DNA from: Eledone cirrhosa
Taxonomy: Eukaryota
Reading direction: 5' to 3'
Assembly (NCBI GenBank): GCA_964016885.1
Contig: OZ024741.1
Location: forward strand, 30,132,001 to 30,196,000
DNA length: 64,000 nt
The notes beneath the pieces are model-generated. The model was given only the letters and a program-made list of their open reading frames with translations. It was not told the DNA's origin and did no database searches. The translations under genes and the position numbers were made by a program. Numbering within the stretch: position 1 is the stretch's first letter; each line of letters begins with the position of its first letter. Below, piece by piece: positions 30,604 to 44,450 of this stretch.

Positions 30604-32060
30604 ACGAAGAAATTAAGATTATATTAGAAGCTAGGAAAACTATAGTCAAATTTGAGAACAGTTATTGGGTTCGTAAAGATAGACCCTCCAACTTTGACAT
30701 AACAATGGGCTCTAACGATTCGGCGGAAATAACTGATATTGTGGGGTTATTTATCGCCTTTAAACTCCAGGAAAAATTCAGTAATCTCCACGGTGGAATA
30801 TACCGCGACGATGTTCTCCTAGTTAAAAACCTAAATAACCAAAAACTAGAAAAACTACGCAAAGATATAAGAAAACTACTACTCGAAATAGGACTAACTA
30901 TAACATATGAACACAACCTTAAAGTAGTTAACTTCCTGGATGTCACACTCAATTTAAACTCTGGTCTGATTAAACCGTTTCATAAATTGAATGAACATCT
31001 CAAGTACGTAAATGTTGGGTCTAACCACACCATCTCTATAATTAAATCTATCCCTAAAAATATTTCCCTTAGAATCTCGGGTCTATCTTCTAACATACAA
31101 GTATTTAAGGAACACGCCGAGTACTACGATAACGCCCTTAGTAAAGCAGGCTACCTCAATAAAATAGAATATATAGATGAAAACAATCAAAACACATAAA
31201 ATAAATCGCACATAGGTCGAAATAATAACACAACACCAAACCACACTTACTACCATAGTATACACACCAGTAAACCAACAAACAAAACTAATAGAAAACG
31301 ATACAAAGAGTACTTATGCTATAACCCTGAATACATTAGTTCCATTCGTACAAATTTACCAGTACTCTTCTTTAAAATAGTTAAGAAACATTTTCCTACA
31401 TCACACAAATATCACAAAATCCTAAACCCTACCACTATAAGACTGTCATACTCTACAGCGTTAAACCTTGAACAACACATAAAAAAGATCAATACTAGAA
31501 GGTTAAACGAAAGCACTAAAAACTTAAGTATAAAGAGTACAAAAAAAACAGTCGACAATACACTACAGAACATAAATAAACCACACCTAAGTTCGTCCGC
31601 AATACTACTCCAGAGTAAACCTAACTAGAAAACCAACGTACACAACTGTAACTGCACCTATCCTGACAATTGCCCCCTCGGCAATAACTGCCTTGAAAAA
31701 AAATCATCTATAAGTGTACCATTGAATCCGGACGCAACGAGTGGTATTACGTGGGATCAACGGCAACATCGTTTAAATCTCGATTATATAGGCATTCTTA
31801 CTCAATAAAACACCAGAGCCAAAGAAATGTAACAACTTTAGCAGAAAAAGCTTGGACACTCAGGGATAGCGATGAAAAGTTTACCCTAAAATGGGAGAAA
31901 TTAGCTAAAACTCAAAGCTTTTCCAGGAGCCAAAATTTCTGCAAATTATGTAATCTTGAGATTTATTACATAATCACACACAAGAAAAAACTGCTTAATA
32001 ACAAAATCGAACGAACATTATTCTGCCGTCACCGAACTAAAACCCTGAGTTTACGTTATC
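30604..32060 (+). mobile_element. Truncated Penelope-like element, close relative of 10570-13747
   Basis: NFDITMGSNDSAE, GGIYRDD, CNCTYPDNCP, YVGSTATSFKSR, CKLC...FCRH. Confidence 0.9.
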
Positions 32061-32720
32061 AACAATTACTCGCATGTCTCTGGTGTTGTTGGATACCACG
32101 AGTATTTCAACTGAGAGAAGAGCATATAATAGTTTCAGAGCATTCTCTTATTAGTTCAAATTCATCCTAGTTCATTAGTACATTGTTTTTTGTGTGCCCA
32201 TTTGATACCAGCAAGTAGATCCGATTGAAGGCATATCCGTTCACCCACTCAATTGATGACCTTCTGGAGCTTGGAATCATCTACAAAGATTCTTTTGTTG
32301 CTCTGCTTGTTGTTGACGTCGATAAAGTTATTAATATACATAATTGTTTCTACTTTTGACACAAGGTCAATAATTATCCAAGTGCATTACTGGTGCTTTA
32401 TTTAATCGACCTCGTAACGATGAAAGGCAAAGTTAACCTCGGAGGGAGTCGAGCTCAGAGCGTAAAGGGCCATAATTCTATGCTGTAAAACATGGTGACC
32501 GACCCTCCACCGAAACTACCAATCCACCGTCATTAATGAAGAGAAGTGGGACGCCACTACTGACTTTGGCTGAGTTTGATTGTAACCCTTCCACCACAGC
32601 ATGTTGGGCTCTGTTTGTCAGGAAATACTTGAGCCATTGTAGTAACGTTCCAGAGGAACCAATGCTGGATAGCTTTTTCAAAAGTCCCTGCCATTACGGA
32701 ACCCATGACGGGTTGAGTTC
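32060..32720 (-). mobile_element. CR1/L2-like RT fragments interrupted by a SINE A copy (32340-32530)
   Basis: GTLLQWLKYFLTNRAQHAVVEG...VSSGVP; an IFVDDSK motif near 32270-32295. Confidence 0.65.
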
Positions 32721-33038
32721 AGCAGATTATTGTTTTCATGGAAGTAAGTTATTCGTGATCTCACTACCCACTCAAATACCTTAATGATATGCGAGGTGAG
32801 TTAGGTCTGGTGGCAGTTCAATGTAAGAGACTTGCTTCCCTTTAGCAAAACTAGAACAACAGACTGAGGCAGAAAGCGTTCTGGTATAAAGCCAGTCTCC
32901 AGTGAGTTCCTCCACTGACTAGCTAGAGGAGATGTAGGTTAGTGTCGACACACCTTCAGGACACTAGTAGGATACATATCGGGGGGGGGGGTCTACTGCT
33001 GAGTTGTATTAATTTCGATTACACACACACACACACAG

Positions 33039-33072
<34 letters not shown>

Positions 33073-33529
33073 TCACACACACACATTCACACACAAATAG
33101 ATAAAAATGTGTGTTAAATAATAATTATATTTGCGTTATATTATGTTGAGTAAATAGGCAGTGATTTTTTGAAAATGTCTATTATATAACGAATTTCGAT
33201 AAACTTATTAACGTTACAGAAATATCCATTACTATCTACCATATATATATATATATGATATATATCACGTTCCTTGAAGAAAATATACTTGGCGATTACA
33301 TAGCTTTCGTACGGAAAGATCTGCTCTACACACTGTTTATAGAAATACCACCAGCGTTTGTAAGAAATGTTGCATCTCTCAAGCAACAATGGAATATATT
33401 TTGAATTTGTGTTGGTCTTCGCCATATGATAGAATTTGTAAGATCTGGGTTTAATCATAAAGCAAGCTGGACGGTTACATGACATCATAAGAAGCAAACG
33501 TCAGTCACGTTGAAGCTTCCTTGAAGTAC

Positions 33530-33716
33530 GTGGATTGGCAGTATCGGTAGAGAGTCGGACGCCATGCTTTGCATCAAAGAGTTACGGCCCTTTATAATCT
33601 GAGTTAAAATCCCGCCGAGGTTAACTTTGCCTTTCATCCTTACGGGGTCGATAAAATAAAGTACCAGTAATGCACTGGGTAATTGCTGGCATTGTGCCAA
33701 AAGTAGAAACAATTAA
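33530..33716 (+). mobile_element. SINE family A
   Basis: Full-length match to the family. Confidence 0.88.
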
Positions 33717-35819
33717 TATTTAGCAGTATATAAAGTAACAGTCTTCAGAGCACTATCGGTTCAGGGGCTTTATGAAGCATACCCTCTGTCAGCTTCTGAC
33801 AATCCGAAAATATTAATCCTAATGGCATTGTTTTGCTGTTTATCTACAACGAGATTTAACTATGATATCCAAATTACCCAAAGACAGCAACATGCAATAT
33901 ATTGCACCGCCTTCATCTCTCAAAATCACACCCAGCATATCATGTTATATCCCCCATTCCTGCCTTATCATGTGTATATCCATATATATGCAACTACATT
34001 AAAGCATACTGGCACAGACTTACGTATAAACCCATTATTTTAAGATTACCATTTACGTAGTTACAAATATACAAAATCAATCACATAAAGAGTAATAAAC
34101 TATAACAAAAAACAAAGCTATAGTATCTCTCTCGATTATTCTTTTCCCGACATCAACTTACATTAAGTTCTCTAACATCGCTTTTCTCTGTCCATTCCAT
34201 TGGGTTGCTGAAACATTTCATTTACTCATCTTTCTATTACAGATTATACATCTTCCTTATCGTTGTATACCGAAATCGTTGTTTCGTTATAGGATTCCAT
34301 ATAGTAAATAATAATAAATATAGTAAATGTATGAGATTTGATGTATAAAAATTACATTTCAACACACAGAATCGTTTGGGTATTTATATCATCAAGAATG
34401 AAATGAAATCATCTGTTTATTCTAATATAGCAAGAATACAGACATCAGATGCTCTGAGCTAATTTATTATATTTGCTGGCTGAGAGAAAATGAAATTTAA
34501 CGACGTAAAATTGATTCATATATTATTATTGTTTGAGTCTAAAGATTTATGATATATATACAATATTTCAAGACATAAAGGCCTTATTAACATTTGTAGT
34601 TATAAACAAACCATTATAATGGATATATTATGAGGATAATGCCACCTATTAAATATTTACTTAAGAAATAGTAGTTTGTCAAACAAATACATTCACAAAA
34701 TATATAGATGGATATATAACACTGTCATTTGTATTTAAGTTGGTAAGGGGTCTGATATCCTTCAGTTGATCCGTTCAACTTAGGTAATCGTTCGCAGATA
34801 ATTCTGCGTAGTAATATAACCCTATTTTACATTGAACATAACCCTCTTTTACATTGAACATGACCCATGATTCGATGTTAGAATTATCATTTGGATGCAG
34901 GTATTGCTGAGGATTTGAAATGTACATTAAGTAATCATGAGGTCTCATGTTCGATCCACTTCATTTGCATATTTAGCAAATGACGGGCTAAAAATATGAA
35001 TATGAGCTCCCTGGTCGTGTTCTTTCTTAGCAGCGCCACCATTTGTAAAGCTCGTATGGCAGACCATCCAAACCAAGCAATTTGCATCATCGTCTCCAGT
35101 ATTACAGCAGATGTTACCAGCTTTTTGGAACACAGAAGTCCGGTCCGTGATCCGGCCAGCCATAGCTCCCGAACCTTTGAGCACGTACACTTTTGTTTGG
35201 AATCATGTAACATGCACTCCACCTAATATCAGATTGTATGTTTGTTAACAGGCTGCGCCACCCAAATTGGGCCTATCGAACGACTTTCGACCCCTCGTGC
35301 ATAAGAAAATGTGTCCTCGATCGGAAAACGCTGCTTTCGTGCTTTGCATTGAAGAGTTGGTGGAGAAACAATCACATCACAAAACGTCGGCTGCACTTTC
35401 CTTTCCTAAAGGCCTTTAATTGGTGTTTAACTTGCTCTCGCTCTAATAGAGATTCTCCATCGCTACACTTTCACTAAGCCCTACCAATGCTATTCAAAAC
35501 GACAATTTCAGTGTTGATCACCATTTGTTATTGACGATTAATCCCGTCAACTCATACTCTGTATGTTTAACGCGCAAACAATGATGCGGTTCCATTAAAA
35601 AGGTATAACAGAGTTTATGAGGTCGACTATACGGTTGACAAATGTTCGGTTTGTGTAATCGACTAAAGTAAATTGTTGACAACCTAAGTTAAACTTATCT
35701 ACTTACGAAGAAAATACCATATATGAATGAACTAATATAATTTATCTATGTCCATCTTGGTACATTCTGGATAATCCAGTAGGTAGGTACATATCAGATA
35801 TTTGGAAAGGTTTTTTAGG

Positions 35820-36280
35820 CTCTCACACCCACTCTGTGTTAAGTCCATAAATCAGAGTGTCCATGATACCTTTCCAAACTTCCACTATCACTAAAGAACG
35901 GGATGTTCCCAAGAAGGTCCCTAGATGGTTGAAGAAATCTAACGCTTCTGCCTCTTTCGAAGTGTAGACGGCATGTCCTTCGCTGCTGGTCACTGACTTA
36001 CCGTCTGGGTTCAAGAAATCAGCCGACTTGCGAGTTTTCAGGACTGTCCGAAGCAACAAAGCAACACCATATGTTGGTCCTGGACGACTTGGAGATACAA
36101 AATTGCTTAGCCACGTAGATTCATACTAATGTTTGTGCCTCGGAAATCCTAGTTTTACTGGTGGTTACCCCATCTAATTCTATCGACTTGATAATTCAAT
36201 GTTGCCCATTGTTGCAGCCTATTCGATGTAAGGCCATCTTTGAAAAACAATTTGGGATGTTTGTCGTTTATTATTTGCGT

Positions 36281-36318
<38 letters not shown>

Positions 36319-37130
36319 GCATGTATGGGTTGGGCTGTGCTCGAAATATCGGTTTCTGGGATGTTGGCGATACTGTCGTGCACCTTATGGCTTTTCTGTT
36401 TTCTAACGCGTTTTTGAAAGCGAAATCAGAAATTATCTCTGCTTCGCTCCGTTTCGTGGGAAACAGATGCGAACCTCCTCTTCACCACAGTAGATGCCCG
36501 ACAATGTCCAATCGGGAAGGAGCATGTTCTGCACGTTTGTTGATATGTTAGGTGTTGGTTTTTTCTGTTGCTGATGGTGGCGTGGGTGATGGCACTATGT
36601 TTTTGGTACTACTTGAGCTGCTGGTGTCGATTTCGCAGTCGTTGTCGTTGTTGGTGATTTTTCTGGAGTTGTTTTTCTTAGTGTCAATGTTGCTAAGATT
36701 GTAATTGCTGTGGCCTCGGCTGGTTGTTGCTTGCTGCAGTGGATTCAACATTGGTAGGGACGTGGGTGCCACTTCTTTACCTCATATCCTTGTGTGGGCA
36801 GAAACACATTAGGCCGGTTTCTTTAATACATATATGACAGGTTCTGCCTTGCACAGTCAATAGAGGTCTATTATAAAGAAGATGAGCTTGATGCCCGCCT
36901 TGACTGTTAGGATGTTATCTGCATTCGGGAACAGGTTTCACTTTTCATTCTGAAAGACCACGAGAATTGTTTTTTGTCCTTTATGTCCGCGTAGAGAGAT
37001 GCTACTAGTCAAATAATGGTTATTTCGAGAGGTCACTTGGTGAAGCCTGACTTCATTAAACGTGGGACAGAATAGAATGGCACCAGCATAAATACCACGG
37101 TACTAAGGAGGGGGATTTGGAATTCTGCAC
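35820..37130 (-). mobile_element. Possible decayed LINE ORF1/endonuclease region
   Basis: Higher GC and broken coding-like sequence; no clean diagnostic motif. Confidence 0.3.
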
Positions 37131-37394
37131 AAAGGTGAACCTAACTACAACTGTCCTAAAACTTTTAGCTCGGGCTTGTGGGCTTTGTGTCCCAGCACGC
37201 ATCCCATGCCTATCCAGCTTATATTGATACATTATTCAATTTGCCTCGAAAGAAAAAAAAAGGTAAATTTGATGTCAGGGCTGTTTTTAACCCAGAATGC
37301 AATAACTAGAATGAACCTCACAAAATATTCTAATCTATCCACTATTGGCTCTACCAATTTACCGTTGCTTCAATAAATATTAAACACCATTGAC

Positions 37395-37722
37395 TTACTG
37401 ACTGGCACTCCGTCGGTTACCACGACGAGTGTTCTTGTTGACATGATCAACGAAACAGCCTGTTCGTGAAATTAACGTGTAAGTTGCTGAGCATTACACA
37501 AACACAGATAGCCTTAACGTAGTTCTCAGGGAGATTCAGCGTGACACACATGTGACAAGGATGGCCCTTCAAATTACAGATACAACTCATTTTTCCAGCT
37601 GAGTTGACTGGAGTGACGTGAAATAAAGTGTCTTGCTGAAGGAGTCAACGCTCACCCTGGAATCGAACTTATGAACTTATAATTATGAGACAAATACCCT
37701 AACTACAAATCCACGCACCTTC
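37395..37722 (-). mobile_element. tRNA-derived SINE family D; 5' part also at 43340-43480 (+)
   Basis: Reverse complement has tagttaggg...gttcgattcc boxes then agcaagacactttatttcac...ctccagt...cagctg, shared with 43340-43480. Confidence 0.75.
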
Positions 37723-37896
37723 TAAACACAAAAAACTCCCAACAAAATAAATGCTTATAGTACATATATTCTTCACAACAAAGTGGAGACATACGAAATT
37801 GCCACTAGATCATCTTTTTCTTTCAAAAATCGTGGTAAAATGTAACTTGAGGATATATGTGTATTATAGAAAGATATGACAACATCCCTCATAATT

Positions 37897-38382
37897 ATAA
37901 TTGTTTCTACTTTTGGCACAAGGCCAGCAAATACCCCCAGTGCATTACTGGTACTTTATTTTATCGACCCCGTATGGATGAAAGGCAAAGTTAACATCGG
38001 CGGGATTTGAACTCAAACCGTAAAGGGCCGTAACTCTCTGCTGCAAAGTATGTTGTTCGGCACTCTACCGATGCTGCCAATCCACCACCCTTCAATCCAA
38101 CATCCCTCATAATTACAATGGTACAAACACACAGGAGGAGGAAGTAAACTTAGTATGTGTTGTTAAGACTAACATAACACTGTTGAACACAATAATAATA
38201 ATTGTTTCTAATTTGGTCACAAGGCCAGCAATTATGCCAGTGTATTACTGGTACTTTATTTTATCGACCCCGTGAGGATGAAAGACAAAGTTAACCTCGG
38301 CGGGATTTGAACTCAGACGATAAAGGGCCGTAAATCTTTGCTACAAAGCATGGCGTCCGACCCTCTACCGATACTGCCAATA
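37897..38382 (-). mobile_element. Two SINE A copies (37897-38090, 38198-38382)
   Basis: Both match family A. Further minus copies at 39774-39950, 41872-42040 and 42900-43030. Confidence 0.85.
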
Positions 38383-38504
38383 CACAATAATAATAATATT
38401 GACGTATTGACATAAACATGAAGTTATATATCCTCTCCTGGCTACTACCAACAACATGATCATCTCCGCTGATAATACAAGCATTGCTAGAATTATCAAC
38501 ACTG

Positions 38505-38505
38505 A

Positions 38506-38578
<73 letters not shown>

Positions 38579-38677
38579 ATAATAATAATAATAATAACAA
38601 TAATAATAAAACTACTACTACTACTACTACTGCTGCTGATGCTACTACTACTAATATTACTATTAATGATGCTGCTG

Positions 38678-38728
<51 letters not shown>

Positions 38729-38970
38729 CCAACAAATCACCCTGCCACACACCACCACTACCACCATCACCAACACCACTACCACGAACAATCCCAAACA
38801 ATCCACCACCAATACCTACCAATCCAGCACCACAACCCCACCACTACCACCCCCACCGCCACCAGCAACAACACTACCACCACCACCACCACCATCAACT
38901 CCACCACCACCAGCAGCAGCACTACCACCACCAGTAACACTACCACCACCACCACCACAACAACAGCACC
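38505..38970. repeat. (CTA)n/(AAT)n/(CAC)n trinucleotide block
   Basis: Direct reading. Confidence 0.95.
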
Positions 38971-39148
38971 ATCGGAATACCTCTGGTCATTTCCAGTAAA
39001 CATAATTTAATTAGAGCGTCGCTTCATCTCCAATATATTGAGAGTAAATCTTTATTGACAGAACTGTATATATCGAATGTAGTTGGCTGACTGGATGGTT
39101 GCTTTTAATTCCATGTAAACATATATATATACATATATATAAACATAT

Positions 39149-39183
<35 letters not shown>

Positions 39184-39206
39184 CATATATAAATATATAT
39201 ATATAT

Positions 39207-39266
<60 letters not shown>

Positions 39267-39407
39267 TAGAGTCATGTGAGTGTGAGTATGTATGGTTGTG
39301 TTTATGTGTGTGTACGTGTACATATCTATTTATGTAGGGCTGTGTTTGTTATTGCGTATATATATACATATATAAATATATATATGTATATATATATATG
39401 TATGGAT

Positions 39408-39622
<215 letters not shown>

Positions 39623-39696
39623 GTAGACAGATATAACAACAAATGTGCGTAATGGTATTCCCACCACACACAATAATACACACTCACACACACGCA

Positions 39697-39734
<38 letters not shown>

Positions 39735-40150
39735 TATATATGTGTGTCTGCGGGTGTGTAAAGGTACCCAATACATTGTTTCTATTTTTGGCACAAGGCC
39801 AGCAATTACCAGAACATTACTGGTACTGTATGTTATTGACTCCGAAAGGATAAAAGGCAAAGTTAACCTCGGCGTGATTTGAACTAAGATCATAAAGGGA
39901 CGTAACTCTATGCTTCAAATCATTGTGTCAGACTCTCTACCGATACTGCCATTAATAGAGTGCAAACATCAAATTTGTATAGAAATGGCTTCTACATGAC
40001 TCGAACTGTTCTTTTCAAAAGAAATCATTCGGAAAGATTTCTTGAAACAGTTCTAGTCCTGTTGAAGCCATTCCTCTTCTATATTAAATCTATATATCTA
40101 TATATGCGTCCGTAGGTGATATGCCATATGAGCACTCGATATATATATAT

Positions 40151-40507
40151 AGTTAAAACAATGAAATAAAAAATCAAGTCATTAGAGATATACTTCACTG
40201 CTTTACGGTCGTTTCTAGATGTATGTAAATATTCTCTTTATCTGATATTTTGAAACTAACTTTACATAGATCAATAACGAATTATAGCTACAATGTATTA
40301 TCATCATCTAGAAACATTCGTAAAGCAGTGAAGTATATCTCTAATGACTTGATTTTTTATTTCATTGTTTTAACTTATATCATGACTCTGTTTTCCTTTT
40401 AATGTTTTATTGTTTTCCGGGATGTATCTTAACCTACAACATTTTCAATAAATGGATTACATTGAGTTCTTCAGGCAGAATAGACCCCACAACTTACCGT
40501 GGATATC

Positions 40508-40512
<5 letters not shown>
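40151..40512. mobile_element. Fold-back remnant (arms 40151-40221 / 40304-40375, plus tail) keeping only the GAAAC..GTA half of an HHR
   Basis: tctagaaacattcgtaaag and ttttttatttcattgttt resemble the ends at 60411-60485 and 61990-62065. Confidence 0.7.
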
Positions 40513-40578
<66 letters not shown>

Positions 40579-40613
40579 AGATTTGAATGGATACAGTTTA
40601 GTTGAAAGGAATT

Positions 40614-40733
40614 TATTGACACGTGTTTCTGTAACAGTTACATAACCTGAAAACAGCTGCTATCTACAAAAGTTTTAGTTATGCAGACATTCAATATTTC
40701 AATGTTATTATTTACTGTCATTTCATCAGAATA
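40614..40733 (-). ncRNA. Hammerhead with 93-nt domain II
   Basis: Reverse complement: tatt-CTGATGA-a-aTGACAGT...ACTGTTAc-a-GAAA-CACGTG-TC-aata, overlapping AATAAA. Confidence 0.85.
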
Positions 40734-41300
40734 ATATTATTAAGGACCTATTTGGTTTTTATAGAGAATATTAGGAGGGAGGGGTGAAGTTGTTAGAAGA
40801 ATAGTTGAGGGAGTGGTTTGTTGATAGCAGTGAGAATTTTTTGGTGGCAGTGAGTAATTAGATTCCCATCTGTTGTTTTGACATTTTTATAGAATATATT
40901 ATTGGTTATTTTTCTAAATTTATAGAAGGATTAGAGATAGTAAAGATATGCGTGGTTGGTTTTGTGTTTGCACTTAATTAACATTCAGACTTAAATTTTT
41001 CTTTCAAGTGTACGTATCCTTTCACCCACGCATTCACACACAAATATATTTGCACACCTCTACAAAATACATATACTCACATTCACATATTCATACTTAC
41101 ATACATATACACATGCATACATATATATATACACAATGTATTCATGTACATACATACGCGTTCATGTGTATACATTTTCATACTCAACTTTTCTTTATAT
41201 ACACACGCATAGACACACACATATATACATCCATACTCTAGTATATGTGTACACATATACATATACATACACATCTATACATATATATATATATACACAC

Positions 41301-41331
<31 letters not shown>

Positions 41332-41479
41332 AGCACTTTAATACATGAATACACTTACATCCTACTATACACATCAAACATATATATAAATTTACTTATT
41401 TATATACATTTTCACATATATATACATACTTATGGACGTTTTTAGACACATTCATTATCGCATATATGCACCTATTTTC

Positions 41480-41695
41480 ATCAGCATATCTTTTCATTAT
41501 TAGTGTGGTAATTTAAGGTTATTAATATATGTTGAGAAGAGATTGTTTTTATATTTTTCTAACTAGAATGAGGTTTATATAGTTGGGGGGATGTCCCTCT
41601 TTTATGTAATATTCGGCTTGTAGTGGGAAAAAAGGGTTTTAGTTCTGTGACGGCAGAATAATGTTCGTTCAATTCTGTTATTCAGCAATTTCTTC
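41480..41695 (-). mobile_element. PLE GIY-YIG C-terminal fragment
   Basis: Reverse complement encodes KKLLNNRIERTLFCRHR, nearly identical to 31980-32035. Confidence 0.7.
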
Positions 41696-43577
41696 ATATA
41701 TATATATATAGTGCTCAAACGGCATACCGCCTACGGACGCATTTATTGCTACCTTACAACAAATATCTATATTATATATATTGCTTCCAGCATGACTCTG
41801 GATTTGCGTTACGTTTCGCTTTATCTGCCCGCCGAAATGCGATTCTCGCTGAATTTATATTTATATTATATATAATTGTTTCTACTTTTGGCACAAGGGC
41901 AGCAATTATCCAGTGCATTACTGGTACTTTATTTTATCGATGAAAGGCAAAGTTAACCTCGGCGGGATTTGAACTCAGAATGGCAAGGGGCATAACTCTA
42001 TGCGTCAAAGCATTGCGTCCGACGCTCTACCGATACTGCCATATAATATTATTCAAAATATTAACAAATGAAAGATATTCACATAATCAAAATATATGCT
42101 TTATTATATATATTTCAAAGGTACTGTGTTGTTTTCTTAGTACGTCTTCATTAGATAAAATATATGATTTGATATATGACATAACGCTACGGTCTTGATT
42201 ATACAATTCCAGTATTGGCAGTGATTTATTTCATCAAATCTCAATGTTTATATACCACAAATAATATGTTAAACTTAAAGAAGAAAAGGACGTAGAACAA
42301 ATTAGAGATATGAGAGAGGCTGAAAATAAGAGGAAAACAAGAAAAAAAAAATAAATACATACATAAATACATACATAAATAGATAAATGAATAAAAAATA
42401 AAAGGATGAATGAGTAAAAGAAATATATAAAAAAGAAAAGAGAATAACAACAAAAGAGGGAATGTGTGAGGAAAGTAAAGGGAACAGAGGGGAGTAAAGA
42501 AAATAAAGAAAAATACAGAAAAATAAAGGAACATCAAATAGAGGCGGATAGAGAAAAAAACCGTTGTTTTCAAATGCTCGATCTAATAGGACATCCAATC
42601 AATTCACATAATCAATTGAATATCCTTTGTATTTGATTATGCATTAACTAATTATACTTATATATTATATCAAAATTAATCAGTATATATTATTTTCTAT
42701 AGCAATCACATATATAGTTTAATTAAAAATTTGTATAATTTAATTTACTTCATTATAGATTATTATTTTTAATTTTAAGGTAAGATATTCTATAAATATT
42801 TTGTTACAACTTTAAAAGAATTAATCTTTAAAGCGTATTTAAAAAATTATTACATATGCATTAAAATCTAATACCATACATAAATCACCATCAATACATA
42901 TAATTGTTTCTACCTTTGGCACAAGGCCAGCAAAAACCCAGTGTATTACTGGTACTTTATTTTATCGACCCGGTAAGGATGAAAGGCAAAGTTAACCTCG
43001 GCGGGATTTGAACTCAGAATGGCAAGGGAAATACATATAATATATTAAGATCATATATTACTCAAAATATTTAATTATGATGTTCTCTTTATAAAATCTT
43101 CACTATTCAGTTAAATAAGTGTTAACAAATTATGCCATGGTTTTATTGTGTTGGTCTCTGATATTCTTTTGTATTCATGCTGTTGACTATATATTTTGTA
43201 TGTATACGTAACAGATTAATTTCACAGATTAATCTAACAGTATAGATTTCAAGAAATATTTTAATTCGTCTTTTATATATCTTGGAATAATCATGAGCAC
43301 ACAGTCACATCGGTACGTAACGGTTTTCCCATGTTACACAATGGCTTAGTGGTTAGAACAGTGGGCTTGCAATCGAAAGGTTGTGAGTCCAATTCTCGGA
43401 TCGGGTGATGTGTTGTTTCCTTGAGAATGACACTTTATTTCACCTTGCTCCAGTTTAATCAGCTGTAGAAATGAGATGATAGGACTGGGGTCCCTATCAT
43501 TAAATCACCCAAGACACTTCCTACGAGATATACCTTGGAGGCCAGCTTAACCTGCATAGGTGTGAGCTGTCATACAC

Positions 43578-43645
<68 letters not shown>

Positions 43646-44379
43646 CGCGCGCGCACACACACACACACACACATCGCGCGCGCACACACACACACACATA
43701 CACATATATATATATACACCTTCATACATTCACAAATGTCTGGAATTGTCTTGACACAAGCAAATAAGGTTTGGTTAGTTACCGGCATAACTACATCTCA
43801 GAAGAACTTATATATACAAAACATACATATATGTATATATACAAATATAAATGCGGACATGAACAAATAGATGCATGTTATACCCTTAAATATATACATA
43901 CATACCTATTTAAACTTTAATACACATATTTATACACACATAGACCACATCTCATATATATGTGTATACACATACACACACATATATATATATATACATA
44001 TACATATATATATATATATATATATTGTTATACTTTGTGAGAGTCATGTTGCCAATAAGAAACACACGCACCAGTTGCTTTCACTTCAATTTATTATAAA
44101 TTAAATTTATAAATTTAGGAATTTATAAATTTCCGGTTGGTTGGTTGGTTTGTTCCACAACCAGATGATTGTTCATATAATGTCAAATTTCTTTCGTCAC
44201 ACATTCTGTCACCTCTTCAGTGACTGGGGATTCTTTTCTTTGTTTTTGTGCCTCTCCTTTGTTCTATCCTACGCCATCTTGTGTTTGTGTGTGTTGCGTG
44301 CTTAGTTTGCGCATATGTTACATCCGGGTGTCTGTGTGTGTTTTCAAATAAAGAATCTTGCTAAACAAATTCAGAAACG

Positions 44380-44439
<60 letters not shown>

Positions 44440-44450
<11 letters not shown>

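Noticed and set aside
38456-39010. Poly-Leu/Thr ORF resembling a membrane mucin
   Set aside because: Trinucleotide repeats only.
40630-40722. SECIS inside the HHR insert (ATGA-N11-AA)
   Set aside because: No properly placed 3' GA quartet or helix II.
43340-43410. tRNA gene
   Set aside because: It is a SINE head with no complete cloverleaf and continues into a SINE body.
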